Positions 24,401 through 38,800 of a stretch of 64,000 nucleotides of DNA are shown piece by piece. Under the pieces are notes generated by a model that ran no database searches, was not told the origin of the DNA, and saw nothing but the letters and a program-made list of their open reading frames with translations. This DNA comes from Octopus bimaculoides (Eukaryota), in assembly GCF_001194135.2 (NCBI RefSeq), contig NC_068983.1:16927638-16991637 (forward strand), written 5' to 3'. The stretch's first letter is position 1; the number at the start of each line of letters is the position of its first letter. The translations under genes were made by a program, and so were the position numbers.

Positions 24401-27400
24401 TTGTTACCAGTTTGCTGATGTGATGCTAATTTGTTTCTGTTCATAAATTGCATTCACCACCCAACTGAAATGAGGATCATTTGTGCAATGCTGTATTTAC
24501 TTGCATCCATTGATAGCTGTAAGCTATTCATATTTAATTGTAAATAGTTTTTGTTTTAATAGCCATATAAATAATGTCATTCATGTATAGATAAATCTTT
24601 CTCTAATTTCTCATAAAGGTGAGACTGTTTTGCATCTTTTATTTTAGAATTTTCTCGAGTATTTCTACTTGTTTCTGCCAGATCCTTACTAAATTTTTAG
24701 CACAAGAAATGATTAGACCAATATTAGTAATAATAATAAGAAACATATCGTCACAGACTACTTTGTTTTGTAACAAAATCAAATTCTCCATAAGTGGCTG
24801 TTTGTTTCTGTATATGATTTTCTGAACCTGTGTTTACAAATTTTAATTTTCACATAGATTTCGTAGTGACATATACTTAAATTGTTTGCTGGTGCATGTG
24901 TATGCTCATGTATGCATGTGTCAATGCATGCTTTGAGTTTCAAACTCAGAGCAAGATGTAGCAGATAAATTGCAGGAAGTTTTTGAGTTTTTTGTTTGAG
25001 TAAAACACTAATCTTAATGAATCTGAAGACTAATCCTTCTATTGCTGATAAAGAAAAATCTCCTTATAGCTCACCTGGTGAATCCCTCGTCAGATGGGCT
25101 TTTGTAATGGTCATTAACAGTGATCAGAAGTTCAGTGAAATCCTCAGCTATAGAAAGAAAAAGCATAGAAGGTAGAAGATATAGAAATATGCAAATGAAA
25201 ACAAGCTAATAGGTTCTGTTTGTTCAAAACCATTTACAAATCTTTACAACCTGTGTCTGTCTGATAAATAGTTATCTTGATCAATGGATGAGGATGGTAT
25301 TCTTGAATCAGTAGCAGAGCTGTTTCACTCCCTGCTCAGTCAAATCACTCCTATTGATCTTTTACTAATGGAAGAACTACCAACCTCAATGAAATCCAAA
25401 CAGTTCACTACTTAAAGAACCAATAATCCTTGACATTGATTGTATTGCCCATGCCTCTTTACAAAGCCCCTGAGACAGGAAGGAAGGAGGAAACTAGTTT
25501 CAAGTTGGAAATCCTTTGTGAATGTTTACTAATGGTACCCCAAGGCCATGTGGTGGTTTTAAGTTGAGCAGTGGATTAAGTCTACCTCCCAAATAGACCA
25601 CAGTAATATTTGCATTTTGAATTCAAAATATAAATACCACAAGGTATCAGCTTCAATGCTCTAATGCTTCCATCAATCCATTAACTTAGACTGGCACTTT
25701 TTTTTTCTATGAGCCCTGGAAGAATGAAAGGCAAAATCACTGTGATTTGAACTCAGAATGCAAGATACCATAATAAATACCACAAAGCATTTCATCCAAT
25801 GCTTTAAAGTGTTTGACAATTTGTTGTGCAGATAGTTTCCCTGTCAATGTGCCAGAGATTGCACTTTTTTTCTGTGCTTATTGCATGCACTATGCACACA
25901 CCATTCAGTTCATGCTTACTCTCTACACATCAAGAAGGCCACCTTCCACATATCATGAGAATATTTTGTGCTGTTACTAATTAATATTTATCCACCTTAT
26001 TGACATATGGACATTCAGCTGTAGATATTTTTCAAGTTTAGAATTCTTTCTGCAGTTCTTCAGCTGATTCTGCAATGATCAAGTCTTTAATATAGAAAAA
26101 TGTTGAGGACAGCACTGATGATTACCTATCTGACGCTAAATTCCTTGCTGAATTTTTATTGCAAATTCCAACTTATGCATCCTTGTACATGGTTTGATAT
26201 GTTGCCATGAGCTATTCATCTATTTCTGTCTTAGAGAATCCACCAGTTGCGTTTAAACAGTGCTGTAATGCAATTGCCTAAATGTTTTTGTCTGTCAACT
26301 CAAGGCATTTCAAATAAATTTCCTTTGTCCTTGCTGTAGTTTAGCTCTTTTGTTACCATATTTCTGTCAAAACACACTGCTTTTATTTCAGTTAATTTTG
26401 AAAATAATGAAGAATATTGTAAAAAAATAACTTGGTCACTATTAAGCTGGTGTTTGGAACACAAATTAACGTGAAATTTTGATGGTAGCTTTTAATTTAG
26501 ATCATTTTAAAACAGGTTGTTCATATCAGAACCAGGGGCAATTTCAGGTGAGTTGGTATCAAAGGGGTTAATGATGATACTCCACATCCGTCATTGTTGA
26601 TTAACTAAGCAAGTAATAAGTATAACCTAATGTATCTGGAAATTTATTTTGTCTTGATTACCTTTCATTTTTGAATCCTGGCACTTTCCATTGAGTAGAT
26701 ATAAATTTGCATTTATATTGCATTCATCAGTGAATAATTTAGAAACTAATCTACAGTTTTAACTCATTTAGCTATATTTGTAATTTAATGGTGCACGTAC
26801 TATAAATGCAGACATACCTGCGTTTTAAAGAAGTTTGTTCTTCAACCATGTAGTTTCAGGATCAGTTCCACCGCATGGCACTATGGGCATGTGTCATCTG
26901 CTATAGCACTGGGTTGACCAAATCCTTGTAAGTAGATGGAAAGCCCATTTTGTGTGTGTGTATATGTGTATTTACATATGCATCTTTCCAAGAATTGCTC
27001 AGCTGCAAGCAGTGACAGGGCTACCATTTCTTCTCTCAACGAATCATCTGTTGGGTATGCTTCTTTGAAGACAAGTGAAATAAGATATCTTTACTTGAAA
27101 ACAGGTAATGATTAGTGACAGGAAGGGCATCGTCATCATCATTTAATGTTCACATTTCCATGCTTGCATGAGTCAGATGGAATTTATTGAGGCAGATTCT
27201 CTACACTTGGAGGATCCACTTCCTGTCACCAACCCTCACTTGTTTCCAATATATTTGTTAACATACACTAGCTTGAAAAAATGGATGCAAAATGACTGAA
27301 TGAATGGAACAACTGATTTACACTGAACCATATTTTTAATTTCATAATACACCCCCAACTGATTTTGGACAACTAATTTGCACCCAGTTTTTTGTAATGT

Positions 27401-29129
27401 AATAGTGCACATAATCATTAATTACTTGTTGTAACTTCTATAGCTGGCCATGTTTTTGTTTCGTTTTGGATTAGGCTTTCATTATTTCATTCATGTTCTT
27501 TGTTCAACAACCTGTCATAGTGGTTCTTTCATGCTTCACAGTCACTGAATTATTATGGTTGTTCAACTAATACATTTTTATATATCATGCCTTTAGTACT
27601 TAGAGTACACTGTCAACTGTACTGCTTATTTATTCACATTGTTTTGAATTAATAATGCATTGTCTCATAGCGTCAAGATTACAAAGTTTTTTTTATTTTT
27701 AGAATGTCCATTGTAGGGTAGGTATGAGATGCCAGATCAGGCTAGTTTGAACATAAAGCAAGTTGAATGATATGGCTGGTTTAAATGCTAAAGAGTTAAA
27801 TGTATGCATTTATGTTGACATATATATAAAGATATCTTATTTTTAAGTCTTCTTTACACTCACAAAATCATGACCCTGATCACCTTAACATAATATGTCC
27901 TCTATTTTCATTAGATATCCATGCCTGTATAGTCATCTGTCTTACATGTATCAGTGAGGGTTTCTGAGATCAACCTACCTTCTCAACTTTCGCATTCAGC
28001 TTTATTTGTAATTTCACCTGATGTGTTTAGTTGAATTTATTGAACTCATCCTACTATGATATGACAATGTGTCTACTCTGATGCAAGCAAGCCATCTGAA
28101 CAATCAATGGCCTTCAGTTTGGGATTATGTTGCTAACTTACTGCAGTGCCTGTGGTGTACATAAAGCTTTCATCCTGTCAGACTACCAGATGCTATTTTA
28201 GTTTTTGCCCACTCATTGTTTTCAGTCTACTGCTGTATTGACTATCTATACAAGATCATTTTTTTACTGTTGTTGAATTTGTATGGCCTCTATTACTAAC
28301 TAGCACCTTAGTCATTGCAGTGTTCACATTCAAGCCTTTTGATTCAATGTCCACTCTTTCATGTTTATGCTGCAATAAGAGCATCAGCATATGGAATAAT
28401 CAAGGATCCTTTTCTCTTGGGTTCCTTTATGATTGTTTCAAGGCTTAGAAAGAATAAAAGAAGACTAATGACAAAGTCTTGACAGAAATCACTGTACACT
28501 AAACTCTTCACCTGCTCATTATTGACCCTGAGCCTCTTGTAACATTCACATGTCTTCTCTTTTTTCAGACAAGGGACTTTGAAAGGTCTACATTAGAATA
28601 AACAATTGCAAAATGGAATTTATTCATGTGCATGAACTTGCTTCTGTTGTCTGATTGGAAATATCACATCTATAGTTCCACATTCTGGTTTAACCATGAA
28701 CTGCATGATATATATTTCACCCAACTAATTCTATCTTGTGCTAACTTTGCTTTAATTCTCTCTACTAGCTGTTGTTATGTCTCCTCTGTTTCTTAAATAA
28801 GATGCTATTAATGTATTTGCATTTACTCTTAGTAAACATTTTCAGTAACTAATAAACATACTGCTTTGCTGGTGACTAATACACTTTCACTTAATGCATT
28901 TAATTAGAAGATTCATGTGACTAACCTATCCTGAAGAATATAGCAGCTTAGCAAATATCTTGTGTTTCATTCACCATTGCCCTTCTAAGTTGACTTATAT
29001 ATTTCTCAGTTGACCTCTGTATTTAATTTCACTGAATGACTTCAGTAAGGGCAAGAAAATCATTCATACACACCTTATTAAATTGCTTACCTCATTTTAT
29101 ATATGTGCCATGTTCTCAGTTGCCTACCT

Positions 29130-29189
<60 letters not shown>

Positions 29190-32100
29190 GTGTGATAACC
29201 TATCCCATTTCTATACACCTTCTTCAGTTGTCTTTCATAGTAACATTTCCGTTTCTTTTTTATATTATTATTATTATTATTGTCACAGGTGATAGCCCAA
29301 TTCTTTATACCATACTACCTAGCAATTCAAAACACTTGTGGCCAACCATTTTTTCTACTTAACTGTTTTTCATCAAGCTAAATTGTAGTTAATGAATAGA
29401 AGCTGTCATTTCTGTTTGATTAGATTTATTATATATGAAAATAACCGATAAAATGAAAACCTACAAAGAGGTGCAGCAGTGAGATATGTAGACAGGTAGG
29501 CTGTATGGTTAAGAAGTTCATATCCCAACTGCATAGTCTTGGGTTCCAACCCCACTGTGTGACAACTTGGAGAAGGGTCTTCTACTTCAGTCCCAGGCCA
29601 ATCAAAATCTTAATGGACTTGATAGACAGACATTGAAAGAAACTGTGTGTGTGAGAGAGAGAGAGAATGCCTGTGTCTCTGTCTTGACCTGGCATGATTG
29701 TTGTAAATGAATGTCATTCATTTCCAATATAATCTCCAAAAACACCTGACTACGAGGGAAATATCTTGCATGTAAACAGAGTTGGAGACAGGAAGGGCAT
29801 CCAGACAAAATTTGTCTCAATAAACTCTGTCCAATGATGCATGCATGGAAAGGTGGTTGTTAAAATGATAATATGCACTTATTTTTAATCAGTAGTAAGT
29901 TACAAAAGTGATTGAAAAACAATAAATGTAAAAAACAATGTCCTGTGTTAGATTGCATTGGAGCTAGTAATTGGAAGTCTGTTGTTGAGACTGAAATTGT
30001 TACATTGAGGAAGTTGAGCGACTATATAGAAGTTCTCTGCCCCATCATCTCATTTCATCTGATGTCTGTCATTGTATCATACTTTTATATAGGTTTCTGT
30101 TAATGTTCAAATTTTTCTAGTATTGCAGTATTTATGACAGCCACTATGACCTTATTATTTCACTTTTATGTTGTACACTGTTTGGCTGATCCCTTGCAGA
30201 TGTTATTGTCCATTAGGAACACCCACTATATACTTGTGCTTCTCATAGAGTGGGTGCTGTGAGGATTGAAAAGGGGAGTAGCCAATGAGAGGGCTTCTAT
30301 TTAAGTTGCTTGACCTGCTAGAAACAATAGTCAAATCTTCCCTCATAGTACCTCTGCTACCTTTTAAAAAGCAACATGGACAATGTAGTTATATATCGAC
30401 ATGCCATGCCAGCATGGAAAATAAACATAAAACGATACAAAACGACTGGTCATGATAGTTTCAGCTAGCTCCATTAGGTTATAAGTATGGAGCAGCTACC
30501 AAGAGTTCTTTTATTCTTTTACTTGTTTCAAACTTTTGACTGCAGCCATGCTGGAGCACCACCTTAAAGGGTTTTTAAATTGAAGAAATCGACCCCAGGA
30601 CTTATCCATTGTAAGCCTAGTACTTATGCCATCATCCGTCTCTTTTGCTGAACTGCTAACACTCCAACATCAGTTGTCAAGTGATGGTGAGAGAGAGAGA
30701 GAGACACACACACACACGCGCACTTCATTCAGTTTCCGTCTACCAAATCCATTTGCAAGGCTTTGGTTGGCCCAGGGTGCCATGCAGAGGGACTGAACCA
30801 TATGGTTGGAAAGCAAGCTTCTTACCACACAGCCACGCCTGCATCTATTTCTGGTACAAAAGCTTTGTATTAGAAATAATTGTTGTTGTTATTTTAATTA
30901 TTGCAGCTTGGTGGAATCATTAAAGGATTCCGAAAAATGCCTAGTCATTTCTTGTTATTTTTATTTTCTTTGAATATTCTGTGTTCAAATCCCATAGAGC
31001 TCAACGTTGCATTTTATTCTTTGAGGATTGATGAAACCCAGTCAAACACTGGGTTCATTATATTTAACCACCTCCTTCGAATTTCAGTCATTATGCCTAT
31101 GTTAGAAACAATTATTATTATCATTATCATCATCATCATTATTGTTATCATCATTATTATTATTTAACTGTTTTTCAGGTTTCATTCATTCGGCATATAC
31201 TTTTGGAATTGAAAGTCATATCAGCCAATCAAATATCAATGGAGCTTTGGTTCCTCCTGGGGCTTTACTAAATATTATTCAGAAAGGTCTACAATACACA
31301 GAAGCTGAAATAAGTATTGGAGAGGTAAGAAATCAATTTTTATAAATGTAATAATATTGTTTAAAAGTGAAGATGATATTTTCTGCCCTGTCATCAGTAG
31401 AAAAATGACAATGTTGGATTTATTTTGTTGGCATCATAAGAATTTAGAAACTTTCAAGGGAGTGTGAAATAATTTTTTTTTTGTAATAGTGAATCTTGAA
31501 GCAGACAAAGCTGTAAGCATTAAGCATGTAGATAGTGAGTTAAAAACACCTTGGATAGAAAAATATGAAGGCTGCTCATGGGACATGGACCCACATCAAC
31601 CTGCAGTATTTGACTTTCTCTATCCAAAGGTTTTTTTTTAACCCACTTCTTTTCTTTTCGCTGTTTTCAAAGATTTCCATGATTCTCTGTCACCATCCAA
31701 TTTCATTGTTATGAATTTGAATTGGGAGATTGAGTCATAGTGAATCTTTCATTAGCTGATTACACAACCAGGGATGGCACTTCCATGGATGCATTGCAGT
31801 TACTCTTTTGATAGGGCTTGGTGATCTTGACCGTTGATCTAGAATTCCTCCACTCAGCATCAATGTAAAAAGCACCTTTTCACAATCTGCCATGCTGCAG
31901 TCCCATGACTTTGCTGTAACCTTGGCAGAGTGGCTGAAAGGGTGCTATGCCTTGCCAAAGGGCAGCCTGAAACTGAGCAGCCATCATTCTGTGAGGTATT
32001 TTCAAAATACCTGCACAACCCATTATTTACAGGCTATTAGTTATATAGATTTGTCTGTTTTGAGATTCACTGTCACAAAAATAAAGAAAATTTATTCTGT

Positions 32101-32493
32101 TTTCTTGTTCAAGGCTTTAATTTTTTTAAATATAAACAATTACATGTTTATTAAACCTAAACCTGTAACATTTGTTTATAGCTATGTTTTTAGCTTCACA
32201 TTAATTCCCATCATGGATTACACTAATCCTTCCTGATTTTCCTAGCCTCTCTAAATCCAAATTAGATGCACTTTGGCTTCATCACATTATTGTACACTTA
32301 CTACCATGATGGTGAAATGTGTGTAGGAACTATAAATTAGCTCTGCTATTCGTAATTAGTAATGCTACTTGGTGTAGAAGTCACTTAACTTCTGAAAGCA
32401 GACAATTTCTTTCTCTTTCTCTCTCTTTCTCTCTCTTTCTCTCTCGTTCTCTCTCTTTCTCTCTCTTTCTCTCTCGTTCTCTCTCTCTCTCTC

Positions 32494-32552
<59 letters not shown>

Positions 32553-32713
32553 NNNNNNNNNNNNNNNNNNNNNNNNNNNNNNNNNNNNNNNNNNNNNNNN
32601 NNNNNNNNNNNNNNNNNNNNNNNNNNNNNNNNNNNNNNNNNNNNNNNNNTCTCTCTCTCTTTCTATCTCTCTCTCTCTTTCTATCTCTCTCTCTCTTTCT
32701 CTCTCTCTTTCTA

Positions 32714-32747
<34 letters not shown>

Positions 32748-32781
32748 TCTCTTTCTCTCTCTCTTTCTATCTCTCTCTCTT

Positions 32782-32817
<36 letters not shown>

Positions 32818-35800
32818 GCAAGTTGTAGTGTAAACATTCAGACAATGTCACTATCTTTCCAAAATCCTAATGTATTTCACATGGAATTTTCTGTCCTTCA
32901 AAGCTGTCTTGGTGCATCAGTTGACCTATGTTTTTTGGCTGTAAACTTTGGTCTGGGAAATTTGATGTGCATGCCAAAAATTAGTGTGTATGAGAGAGAG
33001 AGAGAGAGAGAGATCCCTTACTTGAGAAGCAAGTAAAGATTCATGACAAGAAGAGTACTTGGCCTTAAAATTCTTGCCTCAAATAAGTTCCTGTCTAACC
33101 TGTGCTAGCCTAGAAAAAGAGATGTTGAACAAATCAGCAAGCAACTTGGGGTTGGCCAAATCAATATGAAAAAGACTTAGGGTAGACCAAGAATGAGGTG
33201 GTTGGATAATATCCATACTCCAAGTTATTTGTGCTTGGGAATCCGGCTGTAAAATCTAATGGTGATTGTTTCTGATAGGACCCTATGAAGGAGGGACTTT
33301 AAGAATCTGTTCCTCACAACAGTGGGCAGTGAAGATGGGTGAATATATTTACACACATTACATTCAAGTAATGTATGTATAATTTGACTAGGGACAAAGC
33401 CACTTTTGCAAGCAAATAGCTATAGTTAATTACATTGTCCACATAATAAAACCTATTGTTATTCTATTACTCTTAATCTTTGTAATGAAGCATGTTTGAA
33501 CACACATGGATTTGAAAAGCAATCACTTAAATAATTCAGTAGGGGTAGTGCATAAGTTCTGTCACTTATATGAAACAAATGGAGGTGGAGGTTGTCATAG
33601 TGATAGCATAATGACTAGTATGTAAATGGAATAAAACTGCTGCTACTGCTGCTACTACTACTACTACTACTACATACAACAGAATCTTTATCTCCTAAAG
33701 AAAAGCCCATGGTATGAAGTAAGTTTATGACTGTGAGGTCTTATTACATAGGTGACAGACCTACACAGTTCATAGACTTCATTTTCTGGCTGCTCATGTT
33801 ATTAGTTTCTCTAGCGAGTCTTCCTTACGTATTGTGCAAGGCTACTTTCTATGAAGCTATTAAGTGTTTGTATGTAGACCATGCTGTTAACCAAATGATT
33901 TAAAAACAAGGATGGTGGCAGCAGCTAGAGTTAGCTAATACTGTTGAGAAACCCCTATCTGAAATTCCTGGGACTGAAAGTATTGCAGAGTTTGAATTTA
34001 TTAAAATTTATTATAATTATTATTATTATTATTTCAGAGTATTTTTATATTTGCATCTATAAAATGGGACAGCTTGTGGATGGGACCTAAGTCTGAACAC
34101 AACTGAACACAATCTCGATTCACATTTCATGATATAACTTATATATATATAGAAAGTAGTTTTATATAAATTTTTAATAATTTTTTATACATAATTTCCA
34201 TCAGAAAAGTCAGATATCAGACTCCACTTTCAATGCCATGCTTTGATTAAAAGTTACAGTACATGTATACCATATAAGTTCTATTTTTTTGCTGTAGCGG
34301 TATTAAGGTTTATGAAGGTATAAAAACAAAAGCATTGAACACGATTGTAGGTAAATAAAATGAAAACTGAGAAGAGTCAATATTTTATTTTTAAAGTAAT
34401 GTACAAGTAATGATGCTAACCATGTTACACTCATACAGGGAGGTGAAATTCAAATCTTGTGTAAAAATGTTTTGTGCTTACTGTACTAAAGAGCAAAACA
34501 AAACATGATGACACTCACATGTTATAATGGTTCACAACAGCTGTACTTCCCAGTACTTTGTGGAATTTTCCATTTGTGACAGGCAAGTCATCTTTTGGAT
34601 TTTGGACATTCGGATAAAAGGTTTTGAACTGTAATAATAATTGGGTTATATGTAAATAGTGAAGGTACATGTCTCAGTGGTTGAAGCATTGGGTTTACAA
34701 TAGTGAGGTTGTGAGTTCGATTCCTGGATTGGGGTGTGTGTTGTATTCTTGAGCAAGGCACTTGATTTTATTTTTTCAGTTTACTCAGCTGTAGAAATGA
34801 GTTGTGGTGCTATTGATGCCAAGCTGTAGTGGCTTTTGTCTTTCTCTTGGATAACATCAGTGGCATGGAGAGGGGATGCTGGTATGCATGGGTGACTACT
34901 GGTTTTCCATAAACAACCTTGCCTGGACTTGTGCCTCAGTTGAGAATTTTCTAGTTACAATCCCATGGTCATTCATGACTGAAGGGTGTCTTGATTGATT
35001 TGATGTAAATAGAAAATGATTTGTTGTGAGTTAATAATTATATCTCATAAAATATGATGAAGAATTGAGGCAGTGGAGACAGTTGTTTCATCCAAATGCA
35101 AAACTAGTTGAGGAAGAAGGTGTTTTAGAAATGCTGACAGTCTTTTTATATTTTTGACAGGATGGCTCAGAAAGAGGAATTGAATCACTACCACTCATTG
35201 ATGCAGTTATGCCAGATGTTGTAGAGTCAAGGAAACAAGCTGCTGCAAAAGCTCACCAAATAAAGACAGAGAATGCCAACACTAATGGAGAAGATGCTTC
35301 TCATTCGCTAGGTAAATATTTGTCAACATTTTCTATAACCTCTTGTTCTGTTTTTGTCTTTTATTTTTTAGCTTTCATTTTAAGAATTTACAGTCATGAC
35401 CAGGTGCAAGTATGGCTGTGTGGTTTAAGAAGTTTGCTTCATAGTCATGTTGTTTTGAGTTCTATCTCACTGTGTGACACCTCAAGCAAGTCTCATCTGC
35501 TGTTGCCTTGGCCTGGCCAATGGTTTGTAAGCAGAATTTGTTTACAGAAACTGGGAGTATGTGTGTGTCTGTGAATGTTTAATTTTGTGTCTTTGCATGA
35601 CACTACTTGAGCAATAGTGGTTGCATTATGTTGGCACTTCATATGAAATCATCCTGTGGTTTTGTGCTTTCAAAGACACATTAAGTTTGATTTGGAAACC
35701 ACTTTACAAAGCGTAATTGGATACTTTTTGTCATGGCATCAGCATGTAGTGATATTACCTTGTAACTTGCAAGACTAGAGAGCCTGCACCAGCTCTGAGA

Positions 35801-38800
35801 GAGTGATGGCATAAGCTGGCCTTAAGTCAAGATCTTAAGTCCTTTGTTTTATTTACATTTCTTTTATATCTTTAATTTTATACAATAGGTAATTGATAGG
35901 GCATTTGAATATTTTGTATAGAAATGGCTATTCAAGATGTGGTTCTGTGGTTAAGAAGTTTGCTTCTCAATCTTATGGTTTTTAGGGTCAGTCCCACTGT
36001 GTGGTACCTTGGACCTCAGCCTGACCGAAGCCTTGTGAGTGGATTTGGTAGATGGAAACTTAAAGAAGTCCATTGTCTGTGTGTTCAAAATGTGTGATAG
36101 TTGTAAACGAGTGCTACTGTCATTCATACAAATAGTGTTCATTTCCAGTATTCTGTGAAAAAATGTTTACCAAGGGGTAAATAATAACGATTTGAAAACA
36201 AATGCAGGTTGGCAACAGGAAGGATTTCTGACTAGAAAATCTGCCTCAAGAAACTTTATCCAGCCCATGCAAGCATGGAAAAATGATAAAACAGCTATGA
36301 ACTGTATAATTTCATTTCATATTTCAGTTGTGATTTATTTTGAATATTCTGTTGGGTTTCTTCATTTTTTTTTTTCATATTAGCTTTTTGTAAATACAGT
36401 ATTCGGTTGGATGTGGTGGTGGATAGGTATTCATAGCTCCTTGCTTATAGTTAAAGAAACTTATAAAAATGAATGTTTAACTCTTAGCATTCAGATTACC
36501 GTGTCAAATGTAATGCTTATTTATTCACATTGCTTCAAATTAGTCATGCATTATCATGTAGCTTTGGATAGTTATAGATTCTCTACCACAGTTGAAATTT
36601 GAACAAATGAATGTTAAACCCTTTTGCCTTCAGATTTCCTTGTCAAATGTAATGCTTATTTATTCATCATCATTTAATGCTTGTGTTCTCTGCTGGCATG
36701 GGTTGTATGGTTTGACAATAAGCTGGCTAGGCAGAAGACTGCACCATGCTTCACTCTCTATTTTGGCATGGTTTTTATGGCTGAATACTTTCCTAACACC
36801 AACCACTCTGTAGAGTGGATTGAGTACTTTTTATGTGACACCAGCGCAGGCAAGGTCAGTTTTGGCATGTTTTTTTTACAGTTGGATGCCCTTCCAAACA
36901 CCAACCACTTTACAGTGTGGACACTTTTTATGTGGCACCGGTACTGGCAGGGTCACCAAGTAACTTGGAAAACAAAGATCCTTTGAGAGGGGATGAGGCA
37001 TTGGAAGAGGAGATCTTGTGCCAGATGATGAAAGATCATATTGCTTTAAATTAATCATGCATTATCGTGTGGCTTTTGAGATTTTGATGATGTGATTGTC
37101 TGTTTTTAAAATGATATCATAGGGTAGGTGTGAGGTGCTGGATCTGGTCAGTTTCAACATAAAACAGGTAGAATATTATGCCCAGATATGGCAAGTTTAA
37201 ATGCTAAAGGGTTAATCATATCTAATAGTATTTGTGTGCAATGATACTTTCTTAATTGACATCTTACTGTATATCCTCTGAAGATGAGAGAGTCTCTATT
37301 TGGTCATTTGAAATAGCCATTAAATCTTCCTCAAACCATGCCAACTTCATAATTAAAAAAAAAAAAAAATGACATACTCAGTGTCTTTATCATTGTCTTA
37401 ACATATCCAGTACAATGTCTGGAGTTTAAAAAAAAAAAATTGCTATGTTCATGAGAGGAATATCTTTGACCACAGGTCTGCTCATTGAGAGGTGACCTGG
37501 GGCTAAAAAGTAGCCACATCAATCCTCTGAGATTGCAAATTAGAGAAGTAGACTACTGAACCTAGTGTGCCAATTCCTGTTAATCCATCCAACCCATGCC
37601 AGCACGGAAAATGGGCATTAAATGTTGATGATGATGATATTAGGCTGAAGAAAAGTTAAAAGTTATTCTTTTGCGAAACAGAATTTGTTAAGTAGATATA
37701 AGACTATTTTAATTGAGATACGCAATGAAATAAGGTAAATTAATTTCTTGGATTGGGGAGGTTTAATACTGAGCTTTGTTTCTACTTGTGTAAAGTAAGT
37801 AGTTCTAAACACTTAGTTCAAGAATAAAAACCAGTACATTAAGTGTGCCATACAAAACATTGTCAGGGACTGAATTCAATAGTTGTACTGCAAATTGTTC
37901 ACACTTGTTTGTACAAGTATGACAATAAAGTGCTAGAGAAAATAACTGTCGATGATTTTATTAAACCTTATATAAACGTTATTGGAGACATTTGTTTGCT
38001 CAGTGTTTTTCGAAAGCTGTGGCCTATAGTTATATATTTTAATTGGGAATACGCAGCTCCTCAAACCACAGGGACAAGCACACACACACACACACACACC
38101 CGAATACGATCATTTCCCTTTACAGATATAAAAGCTCTTCTACACTAGTAACTGAATATGGCAAGGCATTTTGTGTGCCACCCACCGCGTTTATAACCCA
38201 ATAGCTCATACATTTTCATGGACAACGACATGATTTTATCCATCCAAGTATGCTTATTTCAAGTGATGTTTTTATGGTTGGTTGCCCTATACGTGTCAGC
38301 TATATGGTCTATTAAAATCTAATAGCTGTCATTGTAGAAAATAATTAGAGCCTCTGTTCTGTTTTAAAAGGGAATCATTATATCTTGATTCTGAAATCTT
38401 TATAAAATAAAACATTAAATTTTATTTTTTACAGTCATATGCATCAACTCACACACACATGCAACTTTTAGATATATTAACTGTAGTTTGTCGAATGAAG
38501 TGTCATATCTCAATGATATGCTGTTAGATGGTGTGTGGTTGCATAAACTCATACCATTTCTAATAGGTATTTGGATAATATACAAGCTCTTTTCATAGAA
38601 ACCTATTTTGAACCACTGAAGATATTTGTTGTGTTCTGGTTATTTATTTATGTTACTTTTTTTTTTAATGTTATAGATAGAAATGTTTTTGATATTTTTT
38701 ATTTATCAACCAGTAATAACATTAGTTTTACTAAGCAATGTGTCATCCTGAGATTTCTTATAATCTTTGAAAAATAACTAGAAAACAGTATAAATGTGTT

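Noticed and set aside
25025-25410. Short stop-free stretches ([10 protein letters not shown]...; [13 protein letters not shown]...)
   Set aside because: They are under 50 aa, have no splice context and match no family I recognise.
32319-32837. SLSL / ERER low-complexity ORFs
   Set aside because: (CT)n microsatellite translations.
35209-35574. 121-aa ORF starting MPDVV as a separate gene
   Set aside because: It is the end of TBL1 exon 3 reading through the donor into intron and SINE sequence; the ORFs at 55017, 58053, 60338 and 63364 are the same kind of artefact.
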